This document shows positions 26,661 to 39,284 of a stretch of 64,000 bases of DNA, piece after piece (position 1 is the stretch's first letter; each line of letters begins with the position of its first letter). Position numbers and translations under genes: made by a program. The notes beneath the pieces are model-generated. The model had not been told where the DNA came from. It ran no database searches and worked only from the letters and a program-made list of their open reading frames with translations. Origin of the DNA: Phoronis australis (taxonomy: Eukaryota; Animalia; Phoronida); assembly GCA_002633005.1 (NCBI GenBank), contig NMRA01000553.1:160830-224829 (forward strand), given 5' to 3'.

Positions 26661-28706
26661 GTAAGGCAAGACGGCAAATCAGTCTCAATACTATGTTTTC
26701 TTATTGCCAAATTGACTAACTAATTATATAATTTTGTGTTTTGTTAATTTTGTTGTTTATTATGCGCCCAGATATAAATTTTTGAACTTTGTTTGTTACA
26801 ACTGAGGAAAATTTTTCGTAACGCGCGACCTCTAACGGCGACTGATCGAGATTAGGTTGTAGCCTGCTTCCTATCAGCCTTGGGTCATTTTCACGAAAGA
26901 CGTCGCTCTAGTCGGTTGGCGATAATACACGCAATGTTGGCTTACGTAGTAAATGGCCCAGGGTCACTACGACTAACTGCAATGAAATTGTGAGCGATTC
27001 TCCACGTGACATGCATACATATATTGCTCTGTCACAAGGAGACACCAACATTAAACAACGAAAATGCTCTACTAAACGCAGCAGGGATGCTACTGCATGC
27101 ATTAAACTGGCGAAATGCGGGTCTTTGGGATCTAGCTGTAGAATTTCAAAAACTGAAGCAAGACCGTACGTGATCAAAACACAGTTTAATTAAAGTCCCG
27201 CCAACGTAGCAGTACCTAGCTAGTAGCTGTTGACAGAACTCATAGAGGAAGAACCTTTTGTGCACTTTTACAAAACGGACACCGGCATCACCTAACCACT
27301 GAGTCGTTTGCCAATTTTGGCGTAATATTATGCGTTGAACTGTGACGGAGGGGGCCACAGGCGCAGACAAAACGTGACCACCAGATGGGGCAGAAAACAT
27401 CAAATTTGTCCAAAAATGGGACGGCGTTGTCTTCCCTAATTAATAAGCCTTTTGCCGCATTTCATAAAATCCGACATTAACAAAATCCGAAGATACAGAG
27501 GTCAACGTAAAAAACATTTTGCCACTAGATGACACATTGGTATTTGGTCGACACTTGCAACCCGATGACCGTTAGTCTACGGCTCCACAGGAATACATCT
27601 TTCAAATTTCACAAAGCTCAATCAAGGAAATTCGGCCGCAAACGCAAAAAAGCAAAATCGCATGGGCAGCCCAACACTGAATGATAAGTGAAGGGTTATG
27701 TACTCCAAAACCCCCTATGATGCGCCGCCCAAGGATAATGCTTGGGCGGCGCAGCACTGAATTAGTGCCTGGTGCGCCGCCCATGTTAGGGGAAGGAGGT
27801 GACACAGTAGTAGGGCATGTCCAAACGTCAATGTTAGTCGCGGCCTGTAAATTTTCTTCTTCAGCTATATGGCACATGTAGAGTTGTACCCCCAGAAAAT
27901 GGACGCAAAAATGGACACAAGCTAGGTAGCGTAAAATCCGTTAGTTTGGACATTACTCTTACGTCACGTTTTTCATTATTTAGTATTCCGCTTTTCATTT
28001 GTTTAGAACACGAGCACAAAATAGTAGTTGTGAAGGTTTTAATCACCCGTGTGGGTTTATTGCACTGCAGAAGCTAACGTACCTCAGGCCCGTAGGAAGG
28101 AAAAAATATTGGGGGGGGGGGCACACAAACCAATTTGACCTAGCCAAATTACCCCCTTGCTATCGTCACACCCCCTATCCCGCCGTTCTCTGGATGTCAC
28201 CATATTTGTACCGAACCCTACCCCTACGTCCCCCATAGGTGAGGGTAATACCGGGGATTCAGTCATCATTATTTAAGTAACCGTGAACCAAAAAAGATTC
28301 ACGGAGAGTAAGACTGGGTCGAGGCCCCGAGCGCACTGACAGGTAGCTCAGTGGATGCTGCCTGAAGTAACTATACTTGGGTAGAAGGTCAAGGTTCCTT
28401 TCATTATGGTCCAGTTTCGGGAAAACTTCATTTTATTATGGCCATTCTTTGAAGTAATCTTTGGAAAGGTGAGGTCCCGAGGTGCCTGGTATGAGTGCTT
28501 TTGTGGCCGTTTCAGAAACCCTTGATGAAAAACAGCCGGTAGTCCAGTTTCTGGTTGTTGGGAAAATGATACAGAGTGTGTCTCAAAAATTTACACACTT
28601 CAACGTCTGGAGTTCAAATTCAGTTCCTGTGGGTAACTGAGATTCTAAGCTGGCCTACTGCATGGTTGCAACTTACGTGGATGTGCCTGTCATGACGTGC
28701 TCCGTG

Positions 28707-28931
28707 CATGCGCGCACCTGAGGGGGCTCGAGGGGCAAAGTGGGCAAAGAGGTCCGCCTCAAAAAATCAAAAAGTCCGCAAAAACGAGACAAAAGTCCAC
28801 TAAAGAGGCAGAATTCGGCGTATGCACAATTCATAGCCCAGAACGAACCCCGTATTCGTTTTTTACTTAGTAAAAGGTCCACATCCTCAAAAATTCGAGC
28901 CCCCCAAAATTTCAGGCATGGTGCGCACATG
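28707..28931. mobile_element. hAT-like MITE with 5-bp TSD (CCGTG)
   Basis: TIRs CATGCGCGCACC / GGTGCGCACATG, with CCGTG immediately on both sides. Confidence 0.7.
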
Positions 28932-29149
28932 CCGTGTGTGTATTATGCATGGTAAATGCAAGCAAACGATTCAGTTTTGAAGAACAAAAATTCATTGCGC
29001 AATACCACTGGAAACTAAAAACATCAAGGAAGTTCAAAGACAAGCTTTCCAAGTTGATGACCAGTAAGTTTGATTTTATACGCACGTAAACATCGTTTTC
29101 GATTTACGGTTTGTAAACTTAAGTCCAGTAATCTAGTTCCTAAGCCAGT

Positions 29150-29780
29150 AAACAATTTATTATCATTTGAATTGTGAGAACATTTTAAGACACATTGTTG
29201 AGCTGTCCGAAATTCATCAATTTCCTTGAGACTTTTTTCAGATAGACAAAAATAGTTTAGTGAACTTTTATATTTGGGGATCTGATGATAGATCGAACTT
29301 TCCAATGGCCTCCTGCAATTAGATTCATTGAAGTATTGTCATTTCTTACAAGATTAGCTTCTAATTGTCAAAAATCATCTCTCATTCAATCCACTTTCGT
29401 AGACACATAAACATGTTAATCAGAAACCAACATTCAAATCCATGAGCAATGCGTTTACCTTGATTTAATTACTTAAATGCTTTTTGATCCCTTGTCAGTG
29501 ACTTTAAACAACAAATCTTGTAGCGAAGTCAAAAAGCAATGCATTTATTGTCATTTGAATTGTGAGTAAATTTTTTTGGGAAGTATTATTTTAGATAGGC
29601 AAAAAGCATCCAAGTGCACTTTACTATTTGGGGGATCGGATTATAGTTTTTCCATATTCAGGCTTCAACTAAATTCCCTGAATCGTCATCATTTCTTTAA
29701 AGATTAGCTTCTAATTTAAAAAATCACCTATTACCTGTCGGTTCTCGTAGATACATAAACATGTAAATCAGAAACCAACG
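29150..29780. repeat. Old diverged tandem duplication (~29150-29430 vs ~29540-29780)
   Basis: Shared blocks TCATTTGAATTGTGAG, AAGATTAGCTTCTAATT and ACATAAACATGT.AATCAGAAACCAAC. Confidence 0.75.
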
Positions 29781-32022
29781 AATTTGTTGACCAAAGCGGA
29801 AATCAATGTTATAAGCAATTTCCGCAGGCATGTTCGCAGATTTTTGACGGGTAACCGGGGGAAATGGGAAATTGGGCTTTCATAGTAAGGTGTATTTTTG
29901 CTCTTTCCGAGGTACCTATAACGGTTCACGAATTTAACTTGACATCAAAAAATACATTTGTTTATTCTTTTTTTGTTATTGCGACTATTTGGGTACACCC
30001 GTTCGACACGGTCACCCCAATGGTAGCCTCGACAGCAGTGTTTTCCAAATGTGGGAATTCCTTACAAACAACTCAAAGTAACCATCTTCAAAAGAGATAC
30101 TGTTCTTGTGATAATATCGGAAACAGTAACATTATTTTATACATAACCATCGGAAATAGTTCTTTTGTGTAATTAACAAACAGAGGTCTCCACGTTCTTT
30201 AAAATTCCTAACTCCCTTTCGATGGCGGTCAATCCTGTTGTATTTTTTCATATTTTTGGTTGATTGGGTCGAAAGTCTTGATACTGCTGTGCTGTGCACA
30301 AATGTTTTGTGTTTTTGATGAATTTCGAATCACAACTTCCCTCGTGAATACTTGGCAGTGTCGGATTTACATGTACAGAGGAACAAAGGGACATTTCTCC
30401 TAACTGCTCCACCGAGAGAGGGTCCCATCTGAAATAGGACACATTAATTATGAAAAGCTAAATATCATTAAGCTTGGAAAAGAGTGACAATTATTCATTC
30501 CACTGTCGTGTGGTCAGACGACGGTGCAGGAAGTGAACTTGTTCAACATGAAATTTGGTTGCACGATTTCACAAAAAAACAGGAAAATAGACGCAATCGA
30601 TTCCAACATTGGGTCCTCTCTCCGTAAGCGTTGTCAATAGAAAACAAAAAAAATGTGGCCACTTTAATGTCATCAATAAGCTCCTTCAGACGTGGGCCCC
30701 TCTGTGTGAAAATATCTATATTTTCAAAAATCAAGAAATGTGCAGCAATTGATTATATCTGTCAAGTCATCGTTTTTTCTCAAGAGATATACAATTCGAA
30801 AAAAGCGACAGTTGTCTACGTTATCCCTTGCCAGAGAGGGGCCTCTGGAAAAATATGGGTTTGCAGTCGCAAAATTGACTTACTGAATTCAAAAATCCAG
30901 TAAATTAATACGCTCCGCAAAAGCTTCGCTTTACAAATTTTGTCGATTTTTCTAAATATATGCACGAAACATTACGTTCACGTTTCCAAGTGCATTTAGA
31001 CTACCTGTGCTGCGAAAGCGGAGATCCGAACAACAATGTCCTGGCCGGTCCTCAAAAGATAAACCATGCACTGATGCAGAGTTGTTAAATGTTCTCTTGA
31101 GTTTTCCACCCCGGCCAACCCGCGATCGAGAACGACCGGAAAGCGATCGAGAACGAAACCGGTTGCGAGAAGCGAAGCCAGGCAAGGTGAGTAAATTTGA
31201 TGAATTTACGTTGTTTTTACTTCCAATGTGAAAACAGAGACATGAGTTCAAGGCGTAACACAATGAGGAAGGGCAGGTAGAGGTTTAGGCTGGTGTCTGT
31301 TCCAATTATTGGAGATAAGTTACGTTGAACGAGACATGGCCTGAGTCAAAGGTGATTCGTATGTCATTTTGGCAAATTGCGTTTATTTTTGGCACTAAAT
31401 CAATAAATTGACCATGAAGTTATGAAGAAGTGACTTGTGAAAATATAACACAACGCTTGTTTTTCGTAGTTTTGCCAGGATCTCTAATTTTTCGACACTT
31501 TTCTGTTGAAAGATGCGATCGAGAACGCAAAGATAAGCGATCGGAAACGTAAATTTTTGTTTTGTTTATGCGACCGAGAACGCATCGCGGTGTACCGAAC
31601 AGTTATGAACTTTTCACTTATAAAACGTGAAAAGGGTTACAAAATAAATGTGGTGCAATGAATTAATCACATTTTGAGTCATTACTGTTACTTTAGGTTC
31701 CAAACTAAACAATACCATAGCATTACCATTAAATTAAAATGAGCGACTACATGTACAGCAAGCCCTATTTTAATTATACATGTTTTCACAAATGAATTTA
31801 TTTTCATTTCAGGAAACACGTTCACTGTAATTATTGTGAGGCGAGATTCAACCAACAGATTAATCAGGGGGTGAAAGCACACCCCACCAGGGTTTTGAAA
31901 TACAGACATATACTTTCAGACGAAACCAAGTGGAACAAGGGTTTCTAAACTAAGATTCACCCAGCAATTGTCTCATGTGGCGTGTAAGCCAGGAGTAAAC
32001 AAATTGTTGATGCAGATGAAAG

Positions 32023-32330
32023 CAGTGGCGGATTTAGGAGGCGGGATGGCACGAGGGCCATGCCCCCTAAAATTCTCCCAGATACCATTTGGCAGTCCGG
32101 GGTGCGAATTGCCGACTAGCATATGCGCGCACTCAAGTGGGCTCGAGGGGTTAATGTGCAATTCATAGGCCTTGAACAAACCCCGTGTACCTTTTTAGTA
32201 ATAAGGTCCACAAACCCAAAAATTCGAGGCCCCTGCATCCCTACATTTTAGGCTGGGCGCGCGCATGTGGCAAAATTCTGACTATTCCTGTGTCCTGCAC
32301 CCCCAACTCAAAATCCTGGATCCGCCCCTG
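32023..32330. mobile_element. Nested hAT-like MITE with 5-bp TSD (GAAAG)
   Basis: CAGTGGCGGAT...ATCCGCCCCTG flanked by GAAAG. Related ends at ~25456, ~50058 and 56521-56645. Confidence 0.75.
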
Positions 32331-33359
32331 GAAAGCGAGTGCCGAATCTTCTTGCAAGATTGTGACAGCAAAAGAAAAATAAAACAAATACGCTAGTGAA
32401 GTTAAAGAATGATGATAATCGTGCCTGTGGGTAGCGAGAAGAGCGCGGCAACACCATTCGTGAGGTGATTCAAAGATTACCGCTCGTGAACGTCTGGGAT
32501 TTAAAAAAATGCCAGAAATAGTGCTGTTTTGATGATAAAACGGGTGATATTTTGTTGGATGTTTTACTGATATTATCGATACAGAGATGAAAAGATTGAC
32601 TTGTGGCACGTGTGTGGCTTGAATACACAACATACATGTATGTTTGACTCTTTTGTTTTGTAGTATTGGTCCTGAGTGCATCTTCCGCAGTTCACGATCT
32701 CCAGTTTAACGTGACATTGAAAAAGAGTGAGACGACATATAATACACCTACTATATTGTGATTTTCTCAAAAACGTAGTTAAAATATTGTCTTTAACATC
32801 ACTTCAAGACACAATGTAGTGATTACACAGGAAATCAACAACAATATTAAAGTAATTATATAATAATATTAATCTTTTATCACACATACCTCAAAATTGG
32901 TCATACGGAAAAAAGATATAAAACATTGCTTTAGGGAAATCAACATAACACATCCAGTGTACATTTCATTATTTTTGGAATTTATTAGACTAAATCATCA
33001 CTGAATCATAGAAAATCTATTTCGGACAGGTTCATAGTATAGAATTCTCTCACAGGGAATCAACAACAATATGAAAACAGTTTCTACAGTTATGGCAGAC
33101 ATATAGTTTTCTTTTAAAATACTAATAGGTCATAACAATTGTATGTAAGAATCACCCAATGACACATAGAGTGGCCATTTAAATGTACTCAAACACAACA
33201 AAAATGCACTGGTTCTGTTAAAGATGCTGCTGAAATAACACAAATAGGAAAAAGGTTCAAAACAAAACGTCAAAATACTATCACATCAGACAACTACTAA
33301 CCATAAACTCTGTAAATCTGAATAAAGTTTCGTGACTTAACAACTTTCACTACTGGACT

Positions 33360-33780
33360 GAATAATTTTATTCATGGTGATTCTGATTCTCATGTCTGTA
33401 GAAGGAGGCATACTCTTTGCATGACACATTCACAACTTCCAACAAGGAGTGGCCTCAGGCTTACTCTTTCTGTGAAACATTGATCGCAGATATGGCACCG
33501 CACTGAAACAACTTGGTTCCTGAGCACTATGCTTAATATTGTGTTTTCTTATGCCGTAAAAAAATCTTGCTCCATGCAACACGGGGCTGGTAAAGCTCTT
33601 GCGTGCAGCTAGTGAGTGACACTGTGTTTTATTGTCATGTGGTTATACAAAAAAGGTTTCTTCCTGAACGAAGCTCCACAACATATATGCATACACAGCC
33701 CTTTGTCAAATGCAGCAGTTGTGCTACCGGTACTCTTTTTTGAAGGCGCGTATGTTAACACTCTGAAGGACTCCTCATGC
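33360..33780 (-). pseudogene. Decayed C2H2 zinc-finger coding relic inside the TIR element
   Basis: Manual translation gives CMHICCGASFRKKPFLYNHMTIKH, CHICDQCFTERVSL and CKEYASFYRHENQNH, interrupted by stops and frameshifts. Confidence 0.6.
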
Positions 33781-34766
33781 GGCTACAGTTCAACTGAAAA
33801 ATCAAACGCATTTAATCATATTTGTGAGGCTAAATCTCACACAGAAATCATAAAAAACGGTGAAAATATAACAAAAAATGACTTGTCAACTAATTCATGG
33901 TATTATTCTAAAATTACTGATATATCACCGTAACCTGAACAATTATTCAGGAAAATGCAAAGAAAAAAATGTGCGTTCACGATCGCATTTTTTGCGTTCA
34001 CGATCGCTATGGAGAATTAACAGCTTCGTTCCCGATCGCCGTCTCACACAAGGACCTGCTTGTATCGGTAGATAGCTCGAATTGTTTCACAAATTATAAC
34101 TAACAAAGGTGTCAGCAGGGAAGATTTAACTATAAGCGTCACACGTGTCATCTGAAGAACCCAGGAATTGCTAATAACAAGTAGAAATTGACGAATTTAC
34201 GAGACGCAAGTCATTTTACCGAAAGCCATTGCATTCTGCGGTCTCTATTTCAAAAAATAGCAAAAGCCAAGTATTATTTCAGATCCACAACAAAGGCTAA
34301 AAGCTCTGACGCTTTTCGGTGTGTCGCATTGGAAACAAAGTAGCCTCTATTTAAGAAGAAAATGACACTTTTAAAGACTAACCGGGTACTTCACTGTCGT
34401 CTGACATTTTTGGTGTAAAGTCTCGTTCTCGATCGCCTTCCGGGCGTTCTTGATCGCGGGTGGGTCGGGGTTTTTTTCTCTCTTATCCGCATTTAGCTGT
34501 CTTTCTTTTCTCGACTGTCCCCGCCCAGGGCGTAAGTCGGTTGCCACGATTAACCCTGACGCTTGAAAATTTTTTTGGGGACCCGTGCCACCCCGGCCCC
34601 CCTCCCGCTTCCGGCGACCCTGTACCTAAGTAGTCAATCTGCCTAGACTTCAACGGGGAATTACGATACTTATCAGCCAGTGGGCTTATATGAGTTATCA
34701 GCCCCAGGGCTGATAAGAAAAAGTAGTCAGTCTTATAATACCCAGGTATTCTACCATAAAATCATT

Positions 34767-37700
34767 GCACGAGCATCGCATCTTACACACGAACCACCAG
34801 CGCACCTATGAATCATGCACACATGTATGGATGAATGAATAATGCATACGAACACAAAATCATACACAGGAGCATCGTACGGCTATTCGGAAAATTTACA
34901 TTAACTAGAGGGCGCGCGTGTACTAGTGGTGATAGATTAACAGCCTCGATTTCGCGAGCCCATTAAATACACGGTGAAATGGCTTGTAGGCGTGCCAACT
35001 GAATTTGAGATTGCGTGAAAAGGATGCTTCTATGAGAGAAAGTAAGCACGACCTTACACAAAGGTAAGGTTTGTGATTATTTTAACAATTATTCCATGTT
35101 TATTCTACTGATGTCTGTTAACTGATATACTCGCCGATGTCGACTTCACGGCAGTCGCCAGTCGAGTTAATCTTTGTTGTGATGCGTGTTACGATACTTG
35201 ACGTAGCACTCGGGATGTTTTTGTACATCAAAGCAGTATTATTGTTTGGAATGATTTCTAACAGGTTTATCAGTGACAGTTACATCAATGAGTGCTGAAT
35301 GTTTAACTCGATATTGGTTAGTGAGATTACAATCCAAGCCCAATGCCATAGCAAAGGATATGTAAATATACATTAGACTATTTGTTTACTCCCTATCCTG
35401 TGTCTTCCGGAAATTTATAACGCGTTGAAATGAAAATCTATCATGCCTGTTTTCACGTGACCTTTGGTTTTTAGGTTTGAAGGCTTGTACCGTGCAGAGG
35501 AGATATGCATCGCTTCTGCATAGACCCTGAATGGACAAAAATTGGTTTTAAGCAGTTGACTGCAGCTAACCAGCAAGATCTTCCTATCCCGTGTAGATCT
35601 GTTGTTAAAGCCTAGTTTCTTCATCGGAGACAACGAACAAGCTTTGTTACTCCGGCCCACAGCATTTCCACACACCATTAGTGTTGCATGTCAGTGGCCC
35701 TGGTGAAATGTGAATCGCAGTACGAAGTTACCATAAGACAATGTGTTGTTTGTATATGAAGAGGAACTATATCTGATTGCTACACAAGTCAGCCTCGTTG
35801 GTGAGGATGGCCTTTCATAGGCAATAAGTCATGTGTGGACAATAGTTTATTTCCTTTCCTGGAAGAAACATGCTGGCTTGAAGCTAAAAAAGACGTAGTG
35901 ACACTCTGGTCTAGTTCAGGGTCAGATTTTGGGCACAAAACGAGTCAAGTGATATGCTGTTGTGTTTACCTTCAATGATGTAATTGAGGGTGAATGAGGT
36001 TACCTGGAGGAAAGTCACGTGGACCTTTTTTACAAGCGCTTCTACAGGCTATTGAAACTAGATCTCTGTGAAATGAAAACCAAAAGGATCTGGTATAAAT
36101 ACCTGTCCCTTCTCACTGAGTGACATTAACGTTTCCTTTCAGAAGAAAGGTTTTATGCTAATGGTAAAAACTTTTCAATTTGGTACACATTATGGGGAAA
36201 TGACATTCAGTGACTGCATCGATTGTCTTATTGTCAGTAGAAAGCCCGTTAATGTTACACTTTGATGATGAATAAAATTTTCATCAACAAGCAAGACTGT
36301 CGCTAATTATTGAAACCACAATATTTCCTCAGTTTTAAAGCCCCACACAGTGCAGTTGTGCTTCTTCTTTTTGTAAAGCTGAAATGATTAGCGATTACGC
36401 TTGCGAATTGTCGTTTTCCTCAGTGTTGACCTCTAGAAATGTGCAGCGATCAAAAGATGAAGTATTCCCTTTGTTTGCATTGGAGTTGTTTGTGGGTGTA
36501 ATTATTTTTAGAGCTTTCTTAAGAAGGCCTTTGAACAATTTTAAGTTTTTTGTTAACTTGTCCACAACAAAAGTTCCACATGCAAGAAAAGTACATAAAA
36601 ACAACATTGTTAAAAACAATTGTTATTTTCCCTAGCAATGGAGTCCAAAATTAGGCATATCAAGGGCTGAATTTCTGAATTATGTTCGATTCTCTCAGGT
36701 TAATGCTGAAGGATTGCTTTGCACTTTGTCCAAAGGTAAAATAGACGGTCAGGCGGCTGGTTTCAGTCGTTTTCTCTCACCTGTAACAGAATAGCGGGAG
36801 TAATATTAACATATTATAACAGAAAACACAAGACAAAACTACTTTAGTTAGGCAGAACATACTTGACGTTTCATCTTCATGTTTATATGTAGAAACTAAT
36901 AATCTTTGTACTCAAGTCTTATTTAAGATCTGAATTAAACTATGTGAAACAGGCTAAAAGTGATTTAATAATGTGTATTTTTCACGACACCTAAAATGTG
37001 CATCTGACCTCAACAAGTAAAATTCATTCTAGGTGTTAATTTTTATTCTAATGCAATGTTATGACGTTTACTGAATAGCTTATTCATCGGTTAATTCAGT
37101 AACTAATCTGGTAGTCCTGTGGGTGGAGTCCGCCATAAAATAAGAAAGCTCACTCGTCTAGAGAATTTTATTGGACATAGCATAGCTTTGAAGAGAACCT
37201 GTTGTGAAAGTCATCCTTGACTTCTGAGCGTCACGTACCATACACCTCTTATATTGGGCGCATTCCCACCCCTGGAGGACAATATGTGAGTATGTGCTGC
37301 TAGCCTACCCGGCATCCGAGTCCTGGGTGAGTTTCCGAAAAGAAACACTTAGTTCCATTCAATAAACCCGTTATTCAGAGGGGTAACTGGTGGGGATAAC
37401 ATCACCGAACGATGTCGATAGAAACTTGATTGCTGAAAACTTACCAAGTTACGTTATGTAGTCTCCCAAAGGGGCTTCGGTATCCAGACACTATTTGTCA
37501 GTTGGTTGACCCTTTTGACCGCAATACTCCACGAATGTAGTAACCTTAGGCCTTTTGGTAATTTGTAACCACCTGTCGAAGACTTGCACCAGAGAAAATA
37601 GCAATAATAAGGCTTTGCGCGACGACGTATTTTGATAACAATCCGTCTTTTTACCAGCTGTTTACATGCAGACAGCGACGCATGCGCAATTCAATCACCA

Positions 37701-37924
37701 TTAGTACAGCAGCGACACCGCGAGGAGAATTCTCCGAATAGCCCCATTATACGCACGAACAATTTTTCGCTAATGGTGGTTTGTGCGCATCATTTGGATG
37801 CTCGGGCGTATGATTTGTATGTTCGTATGTGTGTTTTTGTGGGGTGTGCGCTTGATTTTTGGGTTCGTATGCATGATTCATACGCTCATAGGTGGTTCGT
37901 GCGTAAGATCCGATGCTCGAGTGC
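34767..37924. mobile_element. ~3.16 kb element bounded by ~100-bp imperfect inverted repeats (CAC...GTG ends, possibly CACTA/EnSpm-like)
   Basis: GCACGAGCATCGCATCTTACACACGAACCACC... vs reverse complement of ...GGTGGTTCGTGCGTAAGATCCGATGCTCGAGTGC. No clear TSD. Confidence 0.65.
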
Positions 37925-38915
37925 CTTCTATGCTACTCTGATGCCGCTTGATAACTCCTTTATCACACTGTGATAAAGTGTGTTTGCAGGTCGCACTTAA
38001 AAAAAGTTGTCGGTGTCCCAGTACTATCGATCAATCGCTTTACCGTTTCTAGGTCATTTATTTTGAAACGAGCTGTTAACTTAGCGATATTCTACTTCTG
38101 CACGGAAGTCCCGCTACTTAAGTTGGGACGTCATTCTTTCAAAGTTTGCTGGTTAGTTGCTCTCATTTCACTCAGGCCTACATTCACCATATTCCTTATC
38201 TTTCAGATGGCGCCACATGGTCGGAAGTATGCGTGCGCTAACACGCCATAAAATGTAAAAATTTCGTAAAATGTAACAACAGTTACATGTAAGTTTTGCA
38301 GACAACACAGACTTCGGTCCATAGACATCTTGTGACGTCTACGCTTCGGGCTCCCAGTTACGGTACCTGACCTTTAACCTAACTATGTGTTCTTGCGATT
38401 GGTTGGTGTCATGGCGCTAGCGTCACCAAGCGATGACACACCAGGGCTTGGCTACGCAGCTACATAAACGGCAAACTACGCGACGCAGTCTCTAATTACT
38501 CAGTAATTTTTACACTTGCAACTTGGTGTGAGCTGGTAAGACGAGATTACGTTATGCCGGGGCATAAAACTGAGTTGAGCTGACTCAAGCATACAATATG
38601 AACTCAAGGTTTAAATTCGTCATGTTCATATTGCACGAATCTCTCCTTCATCGACTAACGAGTTCGCAAGATTCTCGCGTCCTACGGAACGCACGCCAGG
38701 CTTTAGTCATTCAGTTTCAAAAAGCGTAGAGAGCTTTCATTGTTTCATTGATTTCTTTACTTCCTGTCTGAAAAGTGTGAGGGCATTGCATGACGCTCTA
38801 TCAATGTAGGTTAGTCACTGTATGATACAAGCTTTAATTGGATCAAAATGTAAGACCTAAACTAAACTTCCTATTTCCAGCTATTGGCCTTTTGTGTGCT
38901 ACTCTCGACGTAACC

Positions 38916-39049
38916 ATGGAAACAACGTTTGCCAGGAAAAACCAACAGCGGCATATATCCACTTTTGTTTTCTTCGACTTAAAGTCCTTGTGGCCGCACC
39001 GAGGCGAACAGAACAAAATCACAGAGCTGAGCATGGTGGCCGTAGACAT
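38916..39049 (+). CDS. TREX-B coding exon 1, copy a (ExoI altered to FVFFDLKSLW)
   Basis: Same 134-nt length and frame as TREX-A exon 1. The donor position reads AT|GCGAGT. Confidence 0.6.
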
Positions 39050-39150
39050 GCGAGTTTTGATTTTGCGATAGGCATAAAAATCGCTTATCTTTAACAAGTA
39101 ACTTCCTATTTCCAGCTATTGGCCTTTTGTGTGCTACTCTCGTCGTAACC

Positions 39151-39284
39151 ATGGAAACAACGTTTGCCAGGAAAAACCAACAGCGGCATATATCCACTTT
39201 TGTTTTCTTCGACTTAAAGTCCTTGTGGCCGCACCGAGGCGAACAGAACAAAATCACGGAGCTGAGCATGGTGGCCGTAGACGG
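39151..39284 (+). CDS. TREX-B coding exon 1, copy b
   Basis: Same peptide as copy a. The donor position reads GG|GCGAGA. Confidence 0.55.

Larger units (their letters stand above)
31108..34471. mobile_element. ~3.36 kb non-autonomous DNA transposon with 52-bp TIRs and GCGATCGAGAACG subterminal repeats
   Basis: 31108-31159 vs 34420-34471 match 46/52 inverted. Motif clusters at ~31515-31585 and, inverted, at ~33972-34040. Confidence 0.8.

Noticed and set aside
26462-26710. Repeated small ORF LWFLFNPRINLSPFTKDFRGEEH (also 48346-48555)
   Set aside because: It is a translation of the U5 snRNA sequence.
38982-39017. Compensating frameshift pair explaining KSLWPHRGEQNK in TREX-B
   Set aside because: The shifted alignment to TREX-A is only marginally better than the ungapped one and needs two gaps; undecidable by eye.
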